Shown: positions 18,656 through 29,289, numbered from the stretch's first letter. The stretch is DNA of 64,000 nucleotides from an uncultured archaeon (GCA_963782915.1 CAWALK010000023.1:96001-160000), one strand, 5' to 3'. Translations and numbers: made by a program. The notes: generated by a model from the letters alone, not told the origin.

Positions 18656-20636
18656 CTACTTGATTCGTTCTAACCTCAGAGTGTTGAGCAGTAGGAGCAT
18701 GGTTAAGCCGTCGTCGCCTGCCGCAACCGTAAACCACAGCGGCGTCAACCCCAAAAAGCCAAGTGTGCCTAAAACGAATTTTATGATTAGTGAGCCTGCG
18801 ATGTTTTGTTTGGCGATTACCATGGATTTTTGGCTCAGCTTGATTAGGTAGGGGATTTGTGCGAGTTCATCTTTTACCAACACTACATCCGCCGACTCCA
18901 AGGCGACGTCGACGCCTCGTGCACCCATTGCGATGCCTACATCTGAAGCTGCCAGTGCCGGAGCATCATTCACGCCGTCGCCGACCATTGCGACTAAGCC
19001 GTCTTTGCCCTTCATATCCTCGATGCACGCTAACTTGTCTTCGGGGAAAAGCTCAGAGTGCACATCATCAATCCCCAACGTGTAAGCGATTTCGTTGGCA
19101 ATCTCAGCCTTATCACCCGTTAACATTGCAGTTTTAACATTCTGCTTCTTTAACGCGTGAATGGACAGTAGGGCATCTTCTCGAACCTGATCAACAACGC
19201 AAACTGCAGCCAAACCCGTCTTGCCAACGGCAATACAAACAGCGGTGTGGGCGTCACCTGCCGCAATTTCAAAAGCCTCCGTGCAGTCGCAGCCAAATTC
19301 GCGCATCAACTCCACGTTACCAATAGCTACATGTTTACCGTTCACCATGCCGACTATGCCTTTGCCCGGAACCTCAATAACACCCGTCACCTCTACTTTG
19401 CTGAGATCAATGCCTCGCTCCATTGCTTTTCGCACGATGGCTTGTGCAATAGGATGGTTAGAAAACTGGTCGAGAGCCGCAGCATAAGTTAGGGCTTCAT
19501 TTTCGTCTTTAGTTGTATCCGGTCGCCTAATTTCGTGTACTGCTTGGCGCCCAAGAGTTAGAGTTCCGGTTTTGTCAAAAACAACGGTTTTTACTTTTGC
19601 AAGTTTTTCTATGAATACTCCGCCCTTGATGATTACACCTCTTTTAGCAGCCACAGTAATCGCTACAAAAATCGTTGCCGGAACAGAAATGATGAACGCG
19701 CTGGGACAGGACACCACCAGCAGCATCAGTGAACGGTAGAACCATGTTTCAAATCCTCCGCCAGCGATGTAGGGCATCGCAAGAGCAGTGAAAACCGCCA
19801 ATACGATGACTATGGGCACATAGATTTTTGCGAACCTATCCACCAAACGTTCAATGCCTGCTTTTCGTTTCTGTGATTCAATAACAAGCTGCACGATGCG
19901 GGATACGAGGGTTTCAGTGGATTTCTTAGTAACCTCGATTTTTAGGACGCCGCCGGTGTTTAGGGTTCCGGCGAAGACACAGTCGTTGACCCGTTTGGGT
20001 ACAGGCACCGATTCACCCGTCACCAAGGCTTGGTCAACATGCGAGAAACCGTCGGTAACATTGCCGTCCAAGTGGGATGCGTTCGCCGGGTTTAACAAGG
20101 ATGATTGTGCCTGTTTGCACTTCGGTTACGTTGATGCTTTCTTCTTTACCAGCGGCTAAGACGCGTGCTTTCTCCGGGATAACTTTGGAGATTGCCTCTA
20201 CGGTGCGTTTGGCTCTTTCTTGGATGTAGCCTTCAAAGTATTCTGCGATGCAGTAGAGGAACAGTACCGTGGCGGCTTCAAAACGGTAATCCAGTGCTAA
20301 GGCGCCTAAGCCTGCGACTGCCATGAGGAATTCTACGCTGAATCTGCGCTCGACAACGAGTTCTTTTAAGCCCACTACGCCGATGTAGATAGCTGCAGTC
20401 AGCACCGCAACGTAGTAGAGTATCAAGGATACGGTGGCTGGGAGGTTGATGATTGGGATTGTGAAGCCCAATGGGATGCCCTTGAAGAATATGTCCATTA
20501 TGCCTGCTACTAGGATTGTTAGGCCTAACCAAACGGCGAAGCCAACGAGTACCTTTTTGTTTTCTTCTTCTTCACCGATTACGGTTGTTTGCGGTTTTGG
20601 TTCTGGTTTTTCTTCGCAGGTTCCCATAACAATCAA
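18656..20636 (-). CDS. Heavy-metal P1B-type ATPase (frameshift near 20090)
   Basis: TGES, SCPS (CPx), DKTGTLT, HP, TGD, GDGVNDAP. Confidence 0.92.
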
Positions 20637-20701
20637 ACTTTCAAAGGCACATTTTTGATATTAAGTTAGTGCTAAATCGCTATGCAAAAATATTAGTTAA
20701 C

Positions 20702-20728
20702 TATTAACAGTAAACTAAAATGTTAATA
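20702..20728. promoter_or_regulatory. Inverted repeat, putative NikR operator
   Basis: TATTAACA-N11-TGTTAATA between divergent ATPase and nikR. Confidence 0.55.
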
Positions 20729-20736
20729 AAAACCTA

Positions 20737-21147
20737 ATGGTGAACCAAACGACAGTAATCAGCATAACCCTACCACCCGAACTGCTACGGAAATTCGAAG
20801 ATTTCATGCAAACCAAAGGTTACTACAGCCGCTCAGAAGCCTTCCGCGACGCCGTCCGAGGCTTAATCTCAGAATCCGAATTAGCAGTGCTCAATTCAGA
20901 GAATGTAGCCGCCACGATTATGGTAACCTGCGATTACGAAAGAAAAGACGTTGACCTAAAGATGACCGAGTTGCGCCACGAATTCGACGATGTAGTCATC
21001 GAAAATGTGCATCGGCATATCGGTGAGAAGTATTGTTTGGAAATCTTCATTGCTCAAGGCAATAACAGCAGAATTTTGAATTTGGTTAATCGGTTGCGTG
21101 GGATGCATGGGATTTTGCAGGTTAAATCCATGTTCATGATGCTCTAA
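20737..21147 (+). CDS. nikR: Nickel-responsive regulator NikR family (RHH + ACT)
   Basis: ISITLP.ELL..F....GY.SRSEA.RDA.R; H..HxH...CLE Ni ligands. Confidence 0.88.
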   Translation: MVNQTTVISITLPPELLRKFEDFMQTKGYYSRSEAFRDAVRGLISESELAVLNSENVAATIMVTCDYERKDVDLKMTELRHEFDDVVIENVHRHIGEKYCLEIFIAQGNNSRILNLVNRLRGMHGILQVKSMFMML

Positions 21148-21213
21148 GTGCCAAGTGCCCCCAAATGTGCAAAGGATTAAATGCTATCAAAACAACCCAT
21201 ACCTTGTTGACCT

Positions 21214-22068
21214 ATGAAGCCAACAGCGTATACAGCAATTTTAGTTCTGGCGCTTCTGGTGGCATTGGCAGCCAGCGCTGTGTCCATATGTTCTTTTGCA
21301 TCTGCAAATCCCAGTGGCGAACCATTGCAGCTTTCAATGCCCATTGAACACATCAACTACACAATAACAACCATCAACGGGTCATTATGGGCAAAAATCG
21401 ACGGGTACTACCCAATAAGCATCCAAAACTCAGCCAGCGATATTCTGCCGATGCTTTATCCTATGCCGCCAAACTCCACCAACATCCACCTCTACTTGGG
21501 GGATCATGAGCTTGAATGGAGCAACTACACCCAAACGTATCCAGATTCACTGCACAGAACAGCGCTGGGGGATTGGTGGATGGTTTCGAGTGTTTTGGGG
21601 AATTTATCGGATTCTTTTTTGCTACAAATCCATTATGAGCATCCGTTGGAGCGGGTGAATGGCAGCTATGTTTTGCTCTATGACCTCAACATCGCCGATT
21701 ATTTGTCAGCGCAGAATCCAGATTCCACGGCTTACTTTACAGTGCGCTTTGAGGGCAATGTTTCGGATGTGCATGTTTACACTGCACCCCCAAACAGTTT
21801 GGCAAGCCAATGGCAACCCAAAGCTTTCGCATTCACCGCTGAAGGATTAACTTTTGAGGTGCATTCACAGTTTGGGGCGGATTTACCTGGCGATTTAGCA
21901 GTGGTCTTTTCAGATGGAACAAGCAGCAGTCAAAATGAGCAGCAGGGTGCATTGGAGCCAACATGGGTTATCCCAGTAGTGTTAGACATAATTCTAATAG
22001 CAATACTGCTCTATGCAAAACGAAAAACAGTACTCTCAGCGTTTTCTTCGAGGAAAACCCCTACTTAA
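21214..22068 (+). CDS. Hypothetical exported protein with C-terminal TM anchor
   Basis: Signal peptide, beta-rich body, C-terminal hydrophobic helix and basic tail. Confidence 0.7.
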   Translation: MKPTAYTAILVLALLVALAASAVSICSFASANPSGEPLQLSMPIEHINYTITTINGSLWAKIDGYYPISIQNSASDILPMLYPMPPNSTNIHLYLGDHELEWSNYTQTYPDSLHRTALGDWWMVSSVLGNLSDSFLLQIHYEHPLERVNGSYVLLYDLNIADYLSAQNPDSTAYFTVRFEGNVSDVHVYTAPPNSLASQWQPKAFAFTAEGLTFEVHSQFGADLPGDLAVVFSDGTSSSQNEQQGALEPTWVIPVVLDIILIAILLYAKRKTVLSAFSSRKTPT

Positions 22069-22375
22069 GCAGCACTTAGGTTTGATTCGCCTCAAGGCAG
22101 CTTTATCTTGATTGTTTATTGTTTGCCGCGAGCCCGACTGCGCGTTTCCGATAAGTTGGTACGTCGAACTCGAAGAGCGGAGTTTTCCTCACCAAAGTTC
22201 TCTCCAACCTAGCCATGTTGGTTTGTGTTTAAAACAGTTTCGATTCAGCATATATTATTTTACCATACTTGCGTATACCAAAAATTGCCTTTGATTGCAT
22301 TGTTTGCCTCTTTTATGCTATGTGCTAACATGTTTACTATGCAGACAAGCCTGAGCGTCGTTTGCGATTTTTTCT

Positions 22376-22627
22376 CTATCCCCCTTATTTATAGGCTCAA
22401 TGTGTGCAGACAAACAAGAGAGGGAGTGGGCGTTTGTTGGTTATGCACGGCTTTTTCTATGCGACTGCTAAGGGGCATCTGCGGTTCTAGGCAGTTGTGC
22501 CGAGAATAGGGGTTTTGGGTTATAACACGGGATTTGTTGCTTTGCCAAGACCTCCCTATCCCCTATAAAAAGGACAAAAGAGGAGACCTACCTACCTCAG
22601 AGGTACCTCCCCCTCCCTTATTTAAAG
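22376..22627 (+). repeat. Dispersed intergenic repeat (degenerate homolog of 30-230, with three C-string/TATA modules)
   Basis: Shared blocks with 30-230 and 809-846. Confidence 0.65.
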
Positions 22628-22709
22628 CTCAAAACATGTAAGTGAACTATTGTGAAGTTCAGCTACAGAAGATTAGTGCATTTTTGAAAAAGGGTTGATG
22701 ATGTCCTTC

Positions 22710-22880
22710 TTACATGAAGGACTTCAAGTAGCATTCTTCATGCCGTACAGCCGTACTCTTCCTTGTAGCTACACGCTGGCCTTCAAGGATGGGTTGATGG
22801 CAGATTAAACAGAAATTTCGTCCTTTCTTTTGGGTTCTCAATATGAGTCTATGGTTCATGATATAGTGGTTTGTCGCCAT
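22710..22880 (-). CDS. 56-aa CxxC..HxxC zinc-finger microprotein (below ORF-track cutoff)
   Basis: Manual translation MATNHYIMNHRLILRTQKKGRNFCLICHQPILEGQRVATRKSTAVRHEECYLKSFM*. Confidence 0.6.
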   Translation of the reverse strand: MATNHYIMNHRLILRTQKKGRNFCLICHQPILEGQRVATRKSTAVRHEECYLKSFM

Positions 22881-22924
22881 GTTACTCACTGAAAACAGCT
22901 TCTTTGAAATCGAATAAGAGGGTT

Positions 22925-23012
22925 TTTGTCAAGGTTTGTGGACTAAGGGTTAGTCAAGGTTTCTTGACTAAGTTTTTACGTTTCTGGACTAACGTTTTGG
23001 TTTGTGGACTAA
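22925..23012. promoter_or_regulatory. Tandem array of four related sites ending in GACTAA, one a perfect palindrome
   Basis: TTAGTCAAG-GTTT-CTTGACTAA (22950-22971); GGTTTGTGGACTAA at 22933 and 22999; TTTCTGGACTAA at 22981. Confidence 0.6.
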
Positions 23013-23081
23013 CTTTTTTTGATGGTAAAGCGAATGGTTTTAGTCCCTTTAGCGTTCATATTATGGGATAGTGAAAGTTCG

Positions 23082-23963
23082 GTGCCGCTCATCTCCAGCT
23101 TTGACCCATGGCGTTCAGGCCTCTGCACATGCCCACCCAAACTCACCTTCAATCCCTATACGGGGTGTGACCACGGTTGCCTCTACTGCTACGCCACCAG
23201 CTACATCCCAAACCACAAAGAGTGCCACCCCAAAAAAGACCTCATAGCCACGCTGAAACGGGAAGCGGCTAAACTCAGTGGCGAAACCATATCCATCGCC
23301 AACTCATCCGACCCCTACCCCCGCGCTGAAGCATCCGAGTGCCAAACACGCCGCTGCCTTGAGGTTTTAGCTGAGAGTAACTGTAGAATCCAAATCATAA
23401 CCAAAAGCAACCTCGTCGCCCGAGACGACGACCTACTCTGCAAAGTGCCTGCGACGGTTGCGTTAACGATAACAACCGATAACGAGTTTTTAGCCAAAAT
23501 CATAGAACCACACGCACCAACGCCCTCCCAGCGCATAAGAGCCGCACAGGACCTCATCAAAGCAGGCGTACCTGTCTCAGTACGAATCGACCCCATAATC
23601 CCAAACATAAACGATCAACCGCAAAAACTCATCAAAACCCTCGCTGACATAGGCGTCAAACACATAACCTGCTCAACGTATAAGGCTAAACCTGACAATT
23701 GGGCTCGACTATACACGGCTATGCCCAAACTGATGGAGCAACTTAAACCGCTGTATTTTGTGCAAGGCGAAAAAGTCGGCGGCAGCGCACTTCTACCCGC
23801 TGATTACCGCTTTAAGCTCCTCAAAGGTGTTCGCGATTCTGTGTTGGCGTCCGGAATGCAGTTTGGGGTTTGCCGAGAAGGACTGCATGGGTTAAGTACG
23901 GCAGCGTGTGACGGTTCATGGCTGCTGCCCAATAAGGAGGATAAACAATGCAAGCTCGCATAG
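23082..23963 (+). CDS. Radical SAM protein, spore photoproduct lyase-like family
   Basis: FNPYTGCDHGCLYCYA (CxxxCxxC), SDPYP..E, IITKS, EP.AP....R, RIDPIIP. Confidence 0.85.
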   Translation: MPLISSFDPWRSGLCTCPPKLTFNPYTGCDHGCLYCYATSYIPNHKECHPKKDLIATLKREAAKLSGETISIANSSDPYPRAEASECQTRRCLEVLAESNCRIQIITKSNLVARDDDLLCKVPATVALTITTDNEFLAKIIEPHAPTPSQRIRAAQDLIKAGVPVSVRIDPIIPNINDQPQKLIKTLADIGVKHITCSTYKAKPDNWARLYTAMPKLMEQLKPLYFVQGEKVGGSALLPADYRFKLLKGVRDSVLASGMQFGVCREGLHGLSTAACDGSWLLPNKEDKQCKLA

Positions 23964-25048
23964 TAATGCTAGCGGACTTCGATTATTTCTTTGCCCAATG
24001 CGAAGAACTCCGAAACCCCGCAATCAAAGACAAACCCATAGTCGTCGGCGTCTACTCGGGGCGAACGGAAGAAAGCGGAGCCGTATCAACAAGCAACTAC
24101 ATCGCCCGCAAATATGGCGTCAAATCGGGGCTGCCCCTGTTTATGGCTAAAAAGAAACTGGAGGGCTTAGACCCAGTCTTCTTCCACGTTGACCATGAAT
24201 ACTACGACCAAATCAGCAACCGCATCATGGATATTTTCAGAACTTACGCGACTGCCCTTGAACAAGTCAGCGTGGACGAGGCTTACTTGGATGTTACAGC
24301 ACAAGTTGAGGGCAGCTTCGAAAAAGCCCGCGACTACGCCCAAAAAATCAAGGCAGACGTGAAAGCGCAGGTTGGAATATCCTTCACCATCGGCGTCGGA
24401 CCCAACAAGCTTATCGCCAAAATCGCTTGCGACAGCCAGAAACCCGACGGCTTAACCATAGTTAAACCCGAAGACGCCCAAAGTTTCCTTGCGCCGCTCC
24501 CAGTTGACCGCCTGATGGGTGTGGGGAAGAAGACGACTGTGCGCATGGAGCAGATGGGCATAAAAACCATCGGGGACCTCGCCAAATACGATTGCCAAGT
24601 GCTCATCGAAGTCTTCGGCAAAGTCATGGGCATCTACTTCCACAACGCAGCCAACGCAGTCGATAACGAACCTGTGCAGGAGCAAGGGGAAGCTGAATCC
24701 ATCAGCAAAATCGGCACACTCAAGGCAGATACGCATGATTTAGAGTTTATTCTGCAGAAAACCGATGAATTAACCGAGTTTGTCTACAAAGAAGTCTCTG
24801 AGAAGGGCTACAGTTTCAAGACAGTCTCGATTTATGTGGTTAATGTAGATTTAAGCAGCAAAACCCGCTCCATAACACTTGAGCAACCTGCTAAGGATAA
24901 AGAAACCATCAAACGCAACGTTCAAGCCTTGTTTGAAAAGTTCCTGGCAGAATCACCCCTTGAAATCCGAAGGGTCGGCGTAAAAGTTTCTGGGTTTCAG
25001 CAAAGAGGAGTCTAAGCAGAAAGCTGTTTGAGCTTTTTCTCAAGATAG
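23948..25048 (+). CDS. dinB: DNA polymerase IV (Y family); last codons frameshifted
   Basis: DFDYFFAQ, SNY.AR.YGVKSG, SVDEAYLD, NKLIAKIA....KPDG, GVGKKT, IRRVGV. Confidence 0.93.
24612..25040 (+). repeat. Direct repeat copy 1 (dinB 3' ~430 bp)
   Basis: Begins TCTTCGGCAAAGTCATGGGC, also found at 26527. Confidence 0.9.
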
Positions 25049-25054
25049 GGCAAT

Positions 25055-26407
25055 TTAGCGCTTTTTCCTGAAAAAAATGAAAACACCAACAATGGATAGT
25101 GAAAGAATCAACAATACCACTACGAGTGTTAAGTATTCTAATGGTGTAGAAAACAACGATAGTGAAGGGGACTGCTTTAATGTAGGTGAAGGTGTCGATG
25201 CAGGCAGGTCCGCCTGTATTTTAGTTAAATAAAACTGTAAACCTGAAGCCCTTAACTGCCATTGGCCGCCAACTACAAAGTTGCCATCGGCAGATTCAAT
25301 GAAACAATTCTCATAGTAGCCGTAGCGACCACGATCTCCATATGTTTGGTTCCACTGCAAATTTCCGAATGAATCAGTTTTAACTATCCATATCTGTCGA
25401 TAATCTGAGACTCCAGCAAAAGCTAACCCGCCGTCACTGGTTTGAATCACAGAATTTAGGGTAGGAGAAGCGCCGTTTGGAAGAATGGGTGAGCTTGCGT
25501 TATTGTAGGTTTGAATCCATTCTATGGCACCCTCAGAGTCTGTTTTAATTGCTGTTGCCGCTCCCTGTGTCCAAACCCATTGTGTAGAGGATACCAAGAC
25601 AGGGCTTGTGTTATATGTAAAAACGTATCCTCCATCGCTGGTTTGAACAATCGATTTGTCGGTTGATGTAGATAGGCCTATGTTGTAGGTTTTTCTCCAA
25701 ACGAAGCCGCCATCAGCATTTATTTTTAGCAGTAAGAGCTCTTTAGAGTTTACGTCGGTCCGTGAGGTATTGTCGGCATTTGTGTAGCCAACTATTGTAT
25801 AGTTACCATCGGTTGTCTGTATTAGCTGGGATGAAACGTCGCTTATTCCTTCATCGTATGTGGTTTCCCACATTGATTTGCCTTCTGAGTCGGTCTTAAT
25901 GAAACCGATTTTTTTGGAAAGAACATCATAATTAGTTATTGTTTCCGATAATGCAAAGCCTCCGTCTGCTATCTGTACAATCGAATCAATTTCGCCATTC
26001 TTGGAAAGAGAGCGCCTCCACTGCATGTTCCCGCTTGAATCCACTTTGACAAGATCACCGTTGACTACAGTTACGTAGCTGCCATCGCTTGTCTGAGCCA
26101 AACCCGCAATTGTAGTTGAGCCGTCAAATTCTTTTTGCCACTCAACACTACCTGTACTATTTACTTTGTAAAGAATAACGCTTGGAGCAACTCCCGTGCC
26201 ATAGGGAACGTTTGGAGCAACAAACGCGTATCCACCGTCGATAGTTTGAATTAGGGCTTTCATTTCGTTTCCCTGATACGCTTCATTGTAGTATTGCTCC
26301 CACTGCAGTGAATGCTGATTATTACTTTGAGCAGAATTCAACTCAGGCACTGAAAATAACAGAACTAGAAGCGCCAACGCTGCAACTAGGCATCGTTTTG
26401 ATAGCAT
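25055..26407 (-). CDS. Secreted beta-propeller repeat protein with C-terminal TM anchor
   Basis: Repeats QTxDGG[YF]..KxDSxGxxxWxxxY; signal peptide; TM + RKKR. Confidence 0.8.
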   Translation of the reverse strand: MLSKRCLVAALALLVLLFSVPELNSAQSNNQHSLQWEQYYNEAYQGNEMKALIQTIDGGYAFVAPNVPYGTGVAPSVILYKVNSTGSVEWQKEFDGSTTIAGLAQTSDGSYVTVVNGDLVKVDSSGNMQWRRSLSKNGEIDSIVQIADGGFALSETITNYDVLSKKIGFIKTDSEGKSMWETTYDEGISDVSSQLIQTTDGNYTIVGYTNADNTSRTDVNSKELLLLKINADGGFVWRKTYNIGLSTSTDKSIVQTSDGGYVFTYNTSPVLVSSTQWVWTQGAATAIKTDSEGAIEWIQTYNNASSPILPNGASPTLNSVIQTSDGGLAFAGVSDYRQIWIVKTDSFGNLQWNQTYGDRGRYGYYENCFIESADGNFVVGGQWQLRASGLQFYLTKIQADLPASTPSPTLKQSPSLSLFSTPLEYLTLVVVLLILSLSIVGVFIFFRKKR

Positions 26408-26526
26408 ATTCGAGTTTAAGACATTGAATCCTTATAACGTTAACTAAGAGGAGCCCAAACAAGACAGAAGTCTTAATGACTTTTAAAATTCCTAAAAATA
26501 AGAAAAAAAGCTGATTTAGCTGCTGC

Positions 26527-26960
26527 TCTTCGGCAAAGTCATGGGCATCTACTTCCACAACGCAGCCAACGCAGTCGATAACGAACCCGTCGTGGAGCAG
26601 GGCGAAGCAGAATCCATCAGCAAAATCGGCACCCTCAAGGCAGATACGCACGATTTAGACTTTATCCTGCAGAAAACCGATGAATTAACCGAGTTTGTCT
26701 ACAAAGAAGTCTCTGAGAAGGGCTACAGTTTCAAGACAGTGTCGATTTATGTGGTTAATGTAGATTTAAGCAGCAAAACCCGCTCCATAACACTTGAGCA
26801 ACCTGCTAAGGATAAAGAAACCATCAAACGCAACGTTCAAGCCTTGTTTGAAAAGTTCCTCGCAGAATCACCCCTTGAAATCCGAAGAGTCGGCGTAAAA
26901 GTATCTGGATTTAGTAAAGAGGAGCCTAAACAGAAGCAGTTGAGCTTTTTCTTTGGATAA
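26527..26960 (+). pseudogene. dinB: 5'-truncated duplicate of dinB (little-finger domain + PIP box); direct repeat copy 2
   Basis: Near-identical to the C-terminal ~139 aa of upstream DinB; ends QKQLSFFFG. Confidence 0.88.
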
Positions 26961-26991
26961 AATGGAAAAAGGAAAATATTTTGGGTTTAGT

Positions 26992-27219
26992 TTATTTGAG
27001 CGCTAATATGCCGTCTTTAACTTTTTCGCCCACAACTTGCCCCAAGACAAGTTGGGTTCCAATCTGCGCCCATTTTGCAAGCTCATCCATATCGCTTTTT
27101 TGGAGTTGTGCTGGTTCCTTTTTTAGGTGAGATTTGCATTGGCGTTCAAGGAAGCCTTTAGCGGCTGGTCCCATCTGTTTGGTTAGTACTGAGAGGCATT
27201 GTTGCTCAAGAGTGGACAT
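26992..27219 (-). CDS. Small helical hypothetical protein (75 aa)
   Basis: Starts 1 nt after the HAMP gene stop; MGPAA..FL.RQ pattern. Confidence 0.65.
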   Translation of the reverse strand: MSTLEQQCLSVLTKQMGPAAKGFLERQCKSHLKKEPAQLQKSDMDELAKWAQIGTQLVLGQVVGEKVKDGILALK

Positions 27220-27220
27220 T

Positions 27221-28036
27221 TTAGGCTTGCTCCTCTTGGTTCATGGCTGTTGTCATTTTGAATGCGTTGATCATGCGTTGGAATGCTTCTCCTAGTTCGC
27301 TGATTTCGTCTTTTGTGTTGATTTTGATTTCGTGGTCTAGTTCGCCCATGCTTACTTTGCCTGCGATGTCTGTTAGTTTCTTGAGTGGATCAGTCATGCG
27401 TTTGCCCATTACTAATGCCATGGTGATTGATACTCCAGCGATTACTGTGATTCCGACTGCTGAGAGTGTAACGCTAAAGCTTGCGTAACTTGCTGCTTCT
27501 GCGGTTGCTGCTTGAATGTTTTCAACGATTAAGAGCTGGAAGTTGTCTAGGTTTGCGGTGACTTCGCGGACTGCGTCAGTGATGATTTTTGTTTGTGCTG
27601 CTACTTCAGCTACGTTTTGTGCACTGTAAGCAGCAACTAATTTCTCGACAGCTGGTGTAATTATGGTTGAATCGATTTGATTGCAGGTGTTGAATACAGT
27701 GGATAGTGTTGAACCTGCGGGTAAGTTATCGACTAGATAAGTTGAAGTTGCGGCGGTTAATGTTTGTCCTGTTTGTGTGTCTGTTATTGCGCTTGTAGGA
27801 TCGGATGCAAGTTCGCCAACACCTTGGCTTCTTAAGGTGAAACCTTTTTCGTAAGCGGTGGCGTAGTTGCCGATTTCTACTTGTTTGTTTACGTTGGCTT
27901 GGATGTCATTCATTTTCATGGTGTTTACGGTTATAGCGGCGCCTATGCCGATAAAGAGCGCGACTATTAGCATGTAGGATATTAGCATTTTACTTTTAAT
28001 TTTCACGTATGTGTTCCCCCGATTGTATTGTCTCAT
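27221..28036 (-). CDS. Membrane sensor with helical extracellular domain and HAMP, no output domain
   Basis: KIKSKML N-terminal TM, second TM, PLKKLT..A.KVS.GELD......KDEISELG.AF..M, then stop. Confidence 0.85.
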   Translation of the reverse strand: MRQYNRGNTYVKIKSKMLISYMLIVALFIGIGAAITVNTMKMNDIQANVNKQVEIGNYATAYEKGFTLRSQGVGELASDPTSAITDTQTGQTLTAATSTYLVDNLPAGSTLSTVFNTCNQIDSTIITPAVEKLVAAYSAQNVAEVAAQTKIITDAVREVTANLDNFQLLIVENIQAATAEAASYASFSVTLSAVGITVIAGVSITMALVMGKRMTDPLKKLTDIAGKVSMGELDHEIKINTKDEISELGEAFQRMINAFKMTTAMNQEEQA

Positions 28037-28271
28037 TAACGGGGTAATCAGAACTATATCTCTTATGAAAGATTAACCTATTTTCAAAATATGAATTAAA
28101 AATATCAAAATAATGCAACTATTCAGCTCCAAATATTATTGCAAACAAACGATGTCAATCGAAAACAACCCGTAACAAGGCATGTTTCCTCAAACGCAGT
28201 GAATACAATGCCAACCATCAAAAGACAAACTTTATCACCTCAACTCACAAAATACCATTGAGGTTCAAACT

Positions 28272-28865
28272 GTGTTTTCCGATCAAAAGAAACGATTGCC
28301 CCCAGACCAAAAAGCCACCGACCACATCTTACATTGGGGCACAGAACACCCAGGCATAACCAGCACAAACCCCAAAATAAACCTCGAAACCTACACCCTA
28401 ACCATCGAAGGCGAAGTAGACAACCCCGTAAAACTTGGCTGGAAAGACTTCCTAGCCTTGCCCCAAACCGTTTCTGTAAGCGATTTTCACTGCGTAGAGG
28501 GCTGGAGCGTTTTGGACTGCAAATGGGAAGGCGTCAAAATCACTGACATAGAAAAACTGGTCAAGCCCAAAGCGGTGGCGCGTGCGGTAACTTTTGAATG
28601 CGCAGACAACTACACCACCTCACTGTACCGTGAAGAACTCGCTGGCGACGACGTGCTTTTAGTGCATAAATTGAATGATGCCCCGTTGGAGGAGGGTTTA
28701 GGGTTTCCAGTGCGCTTGATTGTGCCCAGCAAGTATGCGTACAAGAGTCCCCTGTGGGTTGAGCGGGTGCGGTTTACGCGTAATAAGGAGCTTGGGTTTT
28801 GGGAGCGCCGAGGGTACAGTGACAGCGCGGATGTGTGGAAGAACGATCGCTATAGGGCTAAATAG
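28272..28865 (+). CDS. Sulfite oxidase-like molybdopterin-dependent oxidoreductase (YuiH/MsrP-like)
   Basis: RLPP.Q, DFHCVEGWS, WEGV, G.PVRLIVP..YAYKS, GFWE.RGY. Confidence 0.88.
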   Translation: MFSDQKKRLPPDQKATDHILHWGTEHPGITSTNPKINLETYTLTIEGEVDNPVKLGWKDFLALPQTVSVSDFHCVEGWSVLDCKWEGVKITDIEKLVKPKAVARAVTFECADNYTTSLYREELAGDDVLLVHKLNDAPLEEGLGFPVRLIVPSKYAYKSPLWVERVRFTRNKELGFWERRGYSDSADVWKNDRYRAK

Positions 28866-29289
28866 GGGTTGTTTCGATTAAGTCACAGGGATGTGGCTGA
28901 CTGGTGTGTTTGCAAAGGTTTGATTGATTAATGGATTGCTTTGGAAGCTAGATAAGGTTTATTAGGTTATTGTGATACTCTGTTGGACTCTCGTGAGGTT
29001 GAAGAATATGGTCAAGAAAAACAGCGTAAAAAGCCAAATAAGCCCGCAAGAAGGCTTTGAAGCGGAAAATACGCTTGCAAATAAACGCAAAGAAGAAGCA
29101 AAACAGGTACTCTACATAACAAGAATCTAAGCGATATTTTGGCTCCTAACAGTCAGGTGTGCAGAAAATCCATAGAGGATAGATTGCTATTGACTATTTT
29201 ACCAAATCAAACCAAAACGTCGCAGAAACCAACCACACTCTAATCTTTTATAGTTGACCACCATCCGTTCTAACCCAGAGACGATTAGC

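Noticed and set aside
22925-23012. GACTAA repeats as a mini-CRISPR
   Set aside because: Period of 20-25 bp leaves no room for spacers; no cas genes in the window
29008-29130. 40-aa ORF MVKKNSVKSQ.. with possible RBS
   Set aside because: Too short and motif-free to support without homology data
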